Shown: piece after piece, positions 33,939 to 44,010 of the stretch
Layout of the letters: the number at the start of each line of letters is the position of its first letter
How positions within the stretch are numbered: the stretch's first letter is position 1
Assembly (NCBI RefSeq): GCF_048593235.1
Contig: NC_133621.1
Coordinates: forward strand, 302,321,146-302,385,145
Length of the DNA: 64,000 bases
Direction: 5' to 3'
Origin: Sminthopsis crassicaudata
Taxonomy: Eukaryota
Notes under the pieces: model-generated
Told to the model about the DNA's origin: nothing
Database searches by the model: none
The model's input: the letters and a program-made list of their open reading frames with translations, nothing else
Made by a program: the position numbers and the translations under genes

Positions 33939-36500
33939 TCACAACCAGGGGCGCTTCTTTCCGACCATGGGGTTCTCCAGGTCCATGATGGGGTACAGGA
34001 ACCACATGACCACGCCCGATGGGTTGATGACCACAGTGATGTTGGTGTCCACCGTGAGCCCGCTGATAATGCCCCCTGTGTAGACATCCTCGGCCTGGCA
34101 GGAGAGAGGGCGAGCGTCAGGACCCAGCACGGGGTCAGCGGGACCGCCCCGGGGGGACCCCGGGAGCCAGAGCTGGGACGGACGGCCCAGGCCCAAGGCG
34201 CTCCTCACCTCATACAACATGGAGTCGGTGAAATTCAGGGCCCGGAGAGAGGTCTGAAAGCGGTACGGCATGTCCACCCTGCGGCTGAAGAAGACGATGG
34301 CTTTGGCCTCCTTGGACAGCGGGCGCAGGAAGACATCGATCCTTTGTTTGGTCTGCGGCAGAGAAGCCGGAAGCGGCTCAGCCCCCCACCTGCCCAGCTC
34401 TGGCCGGCCTGGGGGCCTCCTTCAGGGCTGGGAGAGGTCTCCCCAAGAAGAGGAAGGACGGCTGGGGAAGTATGGCCAAGCCCCCGTGGGTGGGTACAGG
34501 GCGCTTACTTCCCAAGGGGGCCCCCACGCTGCTCCGCCCGGCCCCCTCCATCCGCGGCAGTGCCCCCGGCTGCCAGCTCCCAGCCAGCCTTCTCATACCG
34601 TGAGGACCCTGCGCCCCTGGATGCCCAAGGGATCCTGGTTAATCTTAATCATGAGCTTGTTCTGTAGAATGTCCACGTTCTGAGGCGAGATGGCGCGGAG
34701 GTCCGTGGACATGAAGAGAGGGGCGGCGAAGATCGTCCAGAGGGCCATCTGCGCTCTGGCCTGCTCAAAGCTCAGGCCGTAGTTCCCTATGAGCAACTGG
34801 GGAACGGAGAGAGGCGGACCCCGAGTCACTCAGGCGTGGGCTCGAGCACCGTTCCCCCCCCCCCCCCCCACGGCCCGCCTGGGCCCTCCCCCGCACCCAC
34901 CCCTACCATGTCCGGGTCGTTCCAGTGGCCGGGGCCTGCCACGGACTGCAGCACATCCTGGTGCTCCGTGTACCAGTCCACCACGGAGAGGACGCTCTCC
35001 CACGAGTCCTGGATGTCATCAAAGTTACGCCACAGGTTGCATATTTCTATCAGCAGGGTATAGTTCACCTGGAAATCAGCAGCAGCCAGGTGAGCCAGGT
35101 GGGCCAGGTGGGCCAGGTGAGCCAGGTGGGCCAGGTGAGCCAGATGGGCCAGGTGGGCCAGGTGGGCCAGGTGGGCCCTCCTGGTCCGCAGGAGAGGATG
35201 CACCACAACCCCCCCCCATCCCAACCCCACAGGGATCTGGAGCCCCTTTCTGCTCAGGCTGGACCCTCTTAGCCCCATCATCCCAGGGGCCTCCCCTTGG
35301 TCTCTGTCCTGCTGAGGGCTCAGGGGGGGGAAGGGGAGACCCACCTTAGGGGGGAGACCGTCATCGTAGGCCGGCCAGCTGCAGGAGTAGGCAATGGGGC
35401 GGCCCGTGGCATTCAGGGCTCTGGCCATCTTAGGGTACCCTGCAAAGGGACGAACACCCTGTCACAGAAGTTCCAAGAACGGGGACTGGCAAAGCCCAAT
35501 GTGCCCTGTGGTGACTGGCACGGCCGGGGGAGCCCCTAAAGGGAGGGCAGCCCTGCCCCCTTGTTTCTAGGCCAGCTCTTCCCTCAGACACTCCCCTAGC
35601 CTGGGCACCGACGGTGCAGGGCAGGCCCGGCCCCCTCCCACAAGCTTTCCCGTGGGCCCGGGCACTCAGTCACTGGCGCACCCTGGGCCCGGTCACGGAA
35701 AGACGAGTAACACCCGTCCAGCTTCAGCATGTCCACGGTCCAGTCGGCGAAGGTCTCCGCGTCCAGTTTCACCTTGTCCAGGGTGGTGCCCGGGTAACCC
35801 ATGCAAGTCTTGTTGCCCATGTCTTCGTAGATGCCCAGTTTCAGGCCGCGGGCGTGAGCCTGCGGGCGAGGGAGACAGCGGCGCTCGGGACGGCCCGGCC
35901 CGGCTGGGCCCGCCCCTCCCCCGGCCCAAGCTTACGTAGTCCGCCAGGTATTTGATGCCGTGGGGGAATCTCTCGGGATCGGCCACCAGGGCGCCATTCT
36001 CGTCCCGCTCGGGCGCCATCCAGCAATCGTCGATGTTGAGGTAGACGTAGCCCAGGTCCCTCCAGCCGTCCTCCACCAGCCGGTCAGCCATAGCCATGAA
36101 CAGGTCCTCGCTGCCCCGGCCCAAGGAGCCCGTGCTCAGACCCTCGGGGGCCAAACAAAGCCCTTCCCCAAACGCTGGGAACCCCGCCCACGGACCCTGC
36201 CAGCGGCCACCCCCTCCGGCGCCCTCCTCCCACCCCCTCCCGCGCCCTCCTCCCACCCCCTCCCGCGCCCTCCTCCCCCTGCCAGCGGCCACCCTCTCCA
36301 GCGCCCTCCTCCCCCGGCCGTAAGCCTCTCAAGCCCCCCCCCCTTGCCCACCTGACACAATTATCAGGGTCTTCCTTGCAGTTGGTGTTGCAGCGGTAGC
36401 GTTCCCAGGCCAGCCAGCCCATGGGGGGCGTCCTCAGCAGCCCGTTTTCCAGAGAGAACGCCCGGACTACCAAGGCCAGCAAGATCACCGTGAGCCTCAT
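33939..36500 (-). CDS. NAGA: Alpha-N-acetylgalactosaminidase (GH27), 418 aa. Coding exons 36500-36352, 36110-35936, 35859-35682, 35439-35345, 35068-34907, 34796-34599, 34352-34209, 34094-33939
   Basis: [37 protein letters not shown]...IDDCW...KLDGC (nucleophile)...SCSWPAY (the NAGA-type Ser/Ala specificity pair)...WRNFDDIQD (acid/base)...[10 protein letters not shown]...INQDPLG. Exon sizes 178/95/162/198/144 equal those recalled for human NAGA. Sequons NKT, NAT, NYT, NFT and NIT are present. All introns are GT-AG. Confidence 0.98.
35085..35174. repeat. 9-bp tandem repeat (GCCAGGTG[G/A]) x10 in NAGA intron 5
   Basis: Ten consecutive units counted; one variant unit is GCCAGATGG. Confidence 0.97.
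36195..36315. repeat. 23-bp C-rich minisatellite (ccaccccctcccgcgccctcctc, about 4 copies plus 2 spacer units) in NAGA intron 2
   Basis: Direct inspection. G-runs lie on the NAGA sense strand. Confidence 0.85.
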
Positions 36501-37249
36501 GGCTGAGACCTGGGGGGAGGGGGGAGCTCGAGCAGCAGGCCGGGCCGCAGCTTCTCCCCTGGGGCTCACAGGAACAGCAGCCGCCCCAACTTCTAAGGAG
36601 ACCGCCCCCCGGCCTCTAATGGTACAACTGCCCGCCCGCCCCGGCTCCAGGGCAGGGTTTTGGGGTGCACACGAATGGGGGACGAGGGGGCCTCCCAGGA
36701 GGCCCGGCCCGCAGCTTCCGGGGGAGATCCCAGGCTCCCCACACGGGGAGGGCCCCGCCCTCACGTTCCCAATTAATAACAACAGGTGCAGGACCTACTT
36801 TGTCTCAGGGACCTCTAAGCCTGGCTGGAGATCTGCAGGCACCCAACCCTCGGGCCCCCTTCCCTCCACCCTGGACGAAGCCCATCCCCATGCAGCCAGG
36901 CCCCTAAGCCCATTTTACAGAGGCTCTGAGTCTGCAGAACTTTCCCAGACTCCTCCCGCCCGAGAAGGGGAGAGAATTCCTAGGGAAGAAAAGGCGGGAG
37001 GTAGCGGTCGGGGAAGTGGGAGAGGGGGCTTGGAAACTGTCTCGTCCAGTCCCTCCCCCAGTTTTACAAGAGAGGAAACTGAGGGACGGGGAGGTTTGCT
37101 TTTGTGCGTGCCATGCGTCCGGGGCTCCCCCAACTCGGCGCGAGCCCCTGCCTTACACTAGGCTCGAAGCTCTTTTACACTCAATGCTGCAAATGTAGAT
37201 CGGCGGGCAGAGCTGGAAAGTGGACAAGACTTAGAGGAGCAGAGGGGGA

Positions 37250-38300
37250 AACTGAGGCAGGGGAGAAGTCCTGGGAGTGCTCACGGGACTCCCTCCCCAT
37301 CGCCGCGCGGTCCCGGAGCCGGGCCACTTACCTGGACAGCTGCGGCCAAACCTGCGCAGCTCTGCACCTCCGACCCCTCCGCCAGAGCCCGGGGAACGCC
37401 AGCTATTTGCCCGACACACACGTGACGCCCCCCCCCCCCCGCAGCCACCGACCAATCAGGGGAGCCCCACGGGGCGGGGTTGAGTGATGTCACCCAGAAG
37501 GCCCGCCCTCTGGGAGATCCGCCCCGCGGCCCTTCCGAACTCTCCTACTGCAAGTCCCGCCCCTCTCATGACAGGCCCGGGAGGTCCGGCCTCCGCTCCC
37601 AGCCCGGGCGGCCCGAGGTAGCACGCCCTACCCGGCGGGGGTGGGGAAGGAACGAGCGGAATGGGAGGCGGACTCGCCCTCTCCCCCCGGATGTCCCCGG
37701 GAGGGACGCGGCCCGGGGCTTCTCCCTCCGCCCTTGGATAACTATTGCAAAACAATCGGCTTCCTTGGCAAATCCATCCATTGGGCTTCTCGCGTTTGAT
37801 ACCGTTCCCCAAAGGGGGTGCCAACGTCCCAGGGCCCCGCGCGATGGAGATGAACCATGACCTAGCCCCATCCCCCGGGAGGTTTCACGGGGACTAGGCG
37901 GGACCACGCCCAGCTCTGGCTACCCCGGTTTTCCCAGCTAGCGCCAGGGTTCCGGTAGCCAGGTTCCTTCCCAGCTCTGATGCTCCCAGTTCCCAGATCA
38001 GTCAACAGGTTTTCATTTTCTCCTCTCGGCCCCGGGGCTACCAGAAAGGCACCAACCAGTCCCTGCCCTCACGGCGCTCATGGTCCTCTGGGTACTGTAC
38101 ACAGTAGGCGCAGACAGGTAAGCGGAGGTTGTGGCAGAGGAAGCCGCTGGCCACAAGGAGAGCCCAGCAAAGTTCCTAGCAGCTCGGAGATGTGAGCTGG
38201 GGACGGGAGCCGCGAGTGCTTCTGGGAAGGAGCACGAGAAGCGGCCCGGGCTAGTGCAGAGCAGCTGGCTACCCGGAGAGGGCCAGGAGAGGGCGCTCAC
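37250..38300. promoter_or_regulatory. CpG-rich divergent promoter region shared by NAGA (-) and PHETA2 (+)
   Basis: High CpG density with CCAAT and GC boxes. A + strand donor GACAG|gtaagc at 38118 probably ends a non-coding PHETA2 exon. The head-to-head layout is as in eutherians. Confidence 0.6.
37332..37400 (-). other. NAGA: Probable non-coding exon 1 of NAGA (5' boundary approximate)
   Basis: Donor TCCAG|gtaagt at 37331-37326 on the minus strand. No ATG on the minus strand in 37332-37480. A CCAAT box (37452-37456) and a GC box lie just upstream. Confidence 0.6.
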
Positions 38301-38449
38301 CGAGCAGAGGGAGGGATCTCAGGTGGAAGAAGACTGAAAGGGGGAGGGAGGCTAATGAGGAGAGGATTTTATATTTGAGCCCCAGAGTAATGAAGAACAA
38401 TGAGGAATGAAGTAATGAAGAACTGAGGAGGAAGAAGGGGGGCAATAAC

Positions 38450-39100
38450 ATGATTTCTTTTTATTTACAATTTCAATAATATTTTCCCAATGATGTGGAA
38501 AGATGGTTTTCAACATTCATTTTTGTAAGATTTTTGAGTTCCAACTATTTTTCTCCATTACCTCCCAAGATCGCAAGCATCGTGGTACAGAGTATTCCTC
38601 TAAAGTCAGTTTAAACATGCTTTCATGTTAACCATGTTGTGAAAGAAAAATGAAAACAAAAGGAAAAAAAAAAAACGGGTGGGGGAAGCAACTAGACAAA
38701 CCTACAACCAGCCACAAAGTGAAAATGCCGTGCTTTGATGGGTATTCAGCCCCCACAGTCTCTCTCCGGATGCTGATGGCATTCTCCATGCCAAGTCCAT
38801 TGGAACTGACGTGAATCACCCCCTTGCAGAGAAGAGCCACGGCCATCAGAATGCATCATGTGGCCCGGGACGATCTCCTGGTCCTGCTCATTTCCCTCAG
38901 CATCAGTTCCTGTAAATTTCTCCAGGCCTCCCTGAAATCCTCCTGCTGGTCGTTTCTTACAGAACAGTCATATTCATAACATTCCTAATTTACTCAGCCG
39001 TTCTCCAGCTGATGGGCAGCCGCTGTTTCCTGTTTCTCGAGGCTACAAAAAGGGCTGCTGCAAAAAGTTTTGCCCATGTGGCTCCTTTTCCCTTTTTGGT
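38450..39100 (-). mobile_element. Older L1-family 3' fragment
   Basis: Similar to the 3' part of the 22.7-kb L1 (ctgctcatttccctcagcatcagttcctgtaaatttctccaggcc...; AAKSFAHVAP on the + strand complements KLFAAALFVASRNRKQ). More diverged. Confidence 0.75.
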
Positions 39101-41685
39101 GACTTTTTCATACGGACCGTTATCATACTTGACTTTTGGAGTTTCCAGTTTTATCTCTGTTTTCTTGGCTCTCGGGCCCCTAAAGCCCTGACCCCCTGGT
39201 TCTGAGCTGCCTCCTGCCCTGACAGCCTCCATTTCCAGCCCTGCCCTTCTCTTCATAGGGTCTCTGCAGCTGTGACCCTCCAGGGGCCCCTTCCCTTTCC
39301 CATTCCGGGCCTCCGCATTTGGTGGGAGGGCCCTCCTTTGGGCTCTGCCTCCTCCTCTTCCTCCCTCTATCCAGCTGCGGAGCAAACCCCGGGTGCTTGT
39401 GCTCTGCCCAAATCAGGCAGGGCGGCCAGCCTTAGCCCTTCCCCTCAGCCGTTGCCTTCTTTCGAGCCCTCCTTCCCGCCGCCTTCTCTACCTAATGGGG
39501 ATGGGGGACTGGAGAAGGGAGACCTGAGAGCCAAAGTCAAGGTAATGCCCCACTTTCCCCTTGTGGAGTCCCTGGGTGGAGCGTGCAAGTGTGTCTTTGG
39601 GGTGGAGGGGCGCTGCCACGTAGCTTCTCCGGCAGCTCCAGAGCCTGGCCTCCTCCTCTGGCTCCCCTTCCCCCATCTGCTCTGAGGTAGGTGGGTGGGC
39701 AGCAGGAGCATGCTGGGCTCCGGGGGACCCATTCCCCAGAAGGTAGTCTCAGATCCCCGGGGTGGGGGCCAAAAGGGAGAGAGAGAGACAGAGTGACACG
39801 TGCCTGGAGTCTGCAAGTACTTGGGGGGGGGGCTTGAAGAATTACTCCCCTGGAATCCCACAATAGGAGGGACCTTGGACAGGGTCAGAGGGTGAAGCCA
39901 CTTGTGGGGCCCTGGGGATGGTGGGACCAGTGATAGCAACAAGTGGGGATAGCGGTCGGGGTGGGGACGACCAGTGATAGCAGCAGACTTGGTGTTTGGA
40001 TAACCTGGGCCCCGCCACCTTCTGGGGCTGCCGCCGCCCCCGTCTGCTTTCAGAGTGGGGATGGGCTGGGGTCAGTGTCCTCCAGGGGGCCAAACCCCTC
40101 TGTCCTCCCTGTCCCCCACCCAAGAACAGAGCGGCAGCCCAGGCCACCGGCTGGGGGAAGGGGAAGGTGCCTTTTGCTGTCAGACCAAAGTCTGAATGTT
40201 AGCTCCAGCTCTTACATTCTGGGGAAAGTGATATAAAATATTAGTGGTCACTAAACCCCAGCCCCTGACAGCCCCCTCAACGTGCTACCATCCCCCCATT
40301 AGACTGGAAGCTTCTCAAGGGCAGGGCCCGGGTTTGCCTTGCTTTGCGCTCCTAGCCCTGAGCATGGAGACTTGACATTGCTTCAATGCTTGTTGGCTTC
40401 GGGGAGACCCTGCAGTACCGTGGCACAGCCTTCCTTCAGCCCTGAGTGTGACAGAAAGAAAGCAGAGATCCTCCTGACATGCTCCTGCAGAATCTCTAGA
40501 CTCTGCATGAGATGAGAATGTCCTACCAGAATGTCATTGCTAGTGAGGGATTATAGTATTCCCTCCTTCTGCAGCCTTTGGACCTAATGGACTCAGTGTT
40601 TTTGTTTTTGTTTTATCAGCCCCAGCCTTAAAAGGCAGAGAATGAAGACTCCGGGTTATCAGAGCTGGAGGGATTCCATTTTACAGATGGGGAAATCAAG
40701 GCTGCCAGACCTTCTGCTCCCAGGAGAATGGGAGGGCTCCAGAGAGGAGGTCATAGGATTCTAGGCTTAGCACTTTGAGGGACCAGATGAGGCAAAAGTC
40801 CTCTCCTTCGTTTGACAGAAGACCCAATTGGGAGAGAGGGCCATAGCTGCTGGGTCCAAAGCAGTCCTGACCTAAGCAGGTATGCCCTAAACGCCAATCA
40901 CTCCAGGTTCTTTGAATGTCGGACAGTCCTGTCCCATTCTCCCCTTCCCTCCCCTTCCCCCCTCCCTCTGCTCTCAGGCCCCTCCTGGACTTCTAGTCTT
41001 GACCCACTTCCCGGTTTGGGCCCCATAAAACAAGGGGTTTAGCTTTGATTTTTATAAGTGAGACTTCCTTGATCCTATTGATTTTCCCATCATCCCAGGT
41101 TCTCCCATCTTTCTTCTCCTTCCCCTTCCGAGAGTGATGTCTTGTGACAGTGTCTGCAAGGACACCAGTGGCAGCCCCGACATTTGCTGCATCAAAGCAC
41201 AGCTTTTGGTTTCCATGAGAGGGGCCTTGTCCTTCAAGGGCTTACAGTCCATGTGACCCACGGGCAAATAAGCACAGTTGGGGGGGTGGGATGGGGGCAG
41301 GGTTAATCCCACCTTTACCCAAAGGGCTCTAGGAGAATTTAAGTGAGGAGGGGGGCTAAATAGAGAGCTCACACTATGTTTTCCCCTCTGTCTTTTGGGA
41401 TGTCATTCCCAGAATCCCCCCTAAAGGGGCTTCAGGGGTCTCCAAACCTACTGCCTAATTGGACAGATGGAGGGACTGAGTGATGGGCCTGAGCTCCCAG
41501 AGCCAGGACTGGGCTCCAATTCCCACATAGGCCAGAGGCGGACTCCTTTAGGGAGTGGGGGGCTGGCACCAGCTCAGCCACCTTTGTGGGGGAGGAGCAC
41601 GTCTGGTTGTGAGTCCAGCCAGCCCCAGCCCTTGCTCAGCTCTCTGGGCTTCCCCCATTTCCCCAGGGCCTTGGGAGTCGGTGCC

Positions 41686-42423
41686 ATGAAGCTGAATGAG
41701 CAGAGCGTGGCCCACTACGCTACGAGCGGCTCTCCTGCGGACCACGAGGGCTTCCTACGCTGCTGCAGCACCCCAGGGGGCCGCCAGCCCGCGACCCCTC
41801 GCTGCTGGTTTGTGCTCAAGGGGAATCTGCTCTTCTACTTCTAGGGGCAGGAGAGCCGGCCGCCCCTGGGGCTCATCGTGCTGGAGGGCTGCACCGTGGA
41901 GCTCTGCGAGGCCCCCCAGGAATTCGCCTTCGCCATCCGCTTCGATGCGCCCGGGCTGCGGCCCTACGTGCTGGCGGCCGAGGAGCAGGAGGTCCAGGAG
42001 GCCTGGGTGAAGGTGCTCTCCAGGGCCAGCTTTGGCTACATGAGGCTGCTGGTGCAGGAGCTGGAGGGCCAGCTCCACGAGCTACAGCTAAGCCTCGCCT
42101 CCCGCAGCTCAGCCCCCAGGTCCCAGGCCTGGGCCTCTGCCGGCCCCCCTCCGGATAGGCCGCCCCCCCAGCTGGAGGAGGGCGGCCCCTCGGCAGAGAC
42201 GGAAGGAGATGAGGGGGCCACAAAGCCCCCGGCTCCTGTTGGCCGGCGGCGCCCGGCAGAGAATTGGGCCTGGAGCCAGGCCTGCCTGCCCCTGAATGGG
42301 GGCGACAGCCCAGTGTCCCCAGAGACCTCCTGCTTTCCCAAGCTTCATGACTGGTACGGCCAGGAAATCATCGACCTCCGCAGGGAGTGGCTACAGACCA
42401 GAGCCCTGGGGGGTGGACTGTGA
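41686..42423 (+). pseudogene. PHETA2: PHETA2 (FAM109B / Sesquipedalian-2) single coding exon, interrupted by an in-frame TAG at codon 53 (41842-41844). Pseudogene, null allele, recoded stop or sequence error: undetermined
   Basis: Acceptor ccccag| at 41666, then gccATG at 41686: [25 protein letters not shown]...[34 protein letters not shown]...[22 protein letters not shown]...[28 protein letters not shown]...GL*. PH domain, coiled coil and the C-terminal F&H (OCRL-binding) motif are all recognisable in one frame. Gene identity is secure; functional status is not. Confidence 0.9.
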
Positions 42424-43799
42424 GGGGCCGGGAGGGCAAGAAATGGGGCTCCTGACCTCCCCACTCCCAAGAGTCGGGCTTCCCCCCCATACATTGCTTG
42501 TGGGGGCCTGGATCAGCTCCGAGGGAGCCACCCCCTCCCCCGGGACTGCCACTGTCCACAGAAAGGTGTGAGGCCCCTCTTTCTTCAGGACACAGAACTC
42601 AGGGTCCTCGGAAGAAAAGTCGGCAAGGAATGATGGCTAATGAATGGCTGGGGGGCCAGAAGGGGGCCATTGAGCAGCTCGGAACCTCAGTTTCCTCATT
42701 TGTAAAAGTAACCAGGATGGGAACCTCTTTTAACAACTCTGAATGAAGTAATAGCTGGACATGACCTGAGCAAAAGGGTAACAAGGAGACCGTTTCGCCT
42801 AGTGGCTAGGGCTTGTGATGACTCCTTTACAGATAAAGAAATTGAGGATTGGTGGAAGGGCCAAAGTCTCCCCTCAGTCAGCATCCGCTTCCTGCCCAGC
42901 AGGACAAGGAAGGCCCCAAGCCCACGGAAGGGTGGGGCGGCCTGTCTCCACCCCCCACTCAGTCTCTCCCAGGCTGCAGATGGCCGGATCTGAGTTCAGA
43001 TCCAGCCTCAGACACTGTGTGGACAAGCCTGCAGCCTGCCTCGGTTTCCCCAGCTGTAAAACTCGGTAATAGCCCCTTCATTCTGGAAGACTGTGGGTTA
43101 TCGCCCGCGGGCACAAGCACTGACCAGCTGGGGGGCTTCTCTCATTTGCTCCCCCGGGGCCCGACAGGCCGGGTCCTGGGCCTGGGTCTCCCCTGTCATA
43201 CGTCCAACTGTAAAGTTCTTCAGAAGACCCTCAGAGTGTCCTTGTGTCCTTGTTCTGAGCCCCACCCAGTGCCTCCCCGCCCCCCCCCCCCCCCGCCCCC
43301 AGGGGGCCTTAAGGTGGCAGGGCAGCGGTGGAAGATTCTGTGCAGGAGAGGTGGGGGGAGCGGGGGTTAGGAGAGGGGAGGGGGGTCCCCTGAACTTGGA
43401 GGGCAGGAAGGTCGTTCTCCTCTGCGACCTCGCAGCACGAAGCAGGCAGGGGGAGGCGGCCCCTGAGGGGCGGAGCACGTGGGGTCCCACGGGCTCTGGG
43501 ATCTCGCCCAGGCCACCCACCCAAGGGGAAAGATCACAGGGACCGGGGTCGGGGCAGAGCGACAGCCTGAGGTCGGTGCCGCTCTTACAGTCCCCGATTT
43601 ACATCCGAGGAAACTGAGGCACGGAGAGGGGGGCCTTCATCTGTCAGGCTAGGCCCCAGACTCTAGGGCGTCCCAGGAGTATCCTCCTTGCCGCTGGGCG
43701 GAGCCACACTCAGAGCCTCAGTGGCTCCTCAGTAAAATGGGTGATCCCAGCCCAGCCTCGCGCCAGGGCTCGGCTCTTTGGATGGAGTTCAGGACCGCC

Positions 43800-43835
43800 C
43801 AGGGGCGGGGTACGGCAGTCGGTGACGTCACCATG
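43800..43835 (+). promoter_or_regulatory. SMDT1 promoter: GC box plus full palindromic CRE (TGACGTCA at 43823-43830)
   Basis: GGGGCGGGG at 43802-43810 and GGTGACGTCACC at 43821-43832, about 190 nt upstream of the SMDT1 ATG within a CpG island. Confidence 0.65.
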
Positions 43836-44010
43836 CATCGGGGACGCACGCCGCCCCCGTCCTCCCCCTTTTCAAGAGCGCGCCCGCTCGGACGCGAGCA
43901 GGGGGAAAGTCCAGGAATCTCGCCGGGAGCTATCGCGAGAGCCGAGGGTGGGCGTTTTCCTCCGGGCACCGGCTGTCAGCGGTCAGGCCGTCCGTGAGGT
44001 TGGGGATAAG

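Noticed and set aside
35985-36035. NAGA loop WMAPERD looks more like GLA (WMAPQRD) than human NAGA (WIGGRD)
   Set aside because: The specificity residues (SCSWPAY), exon sizes and synteny are NAGA-type. The extra residue is most simply the ancestral state.
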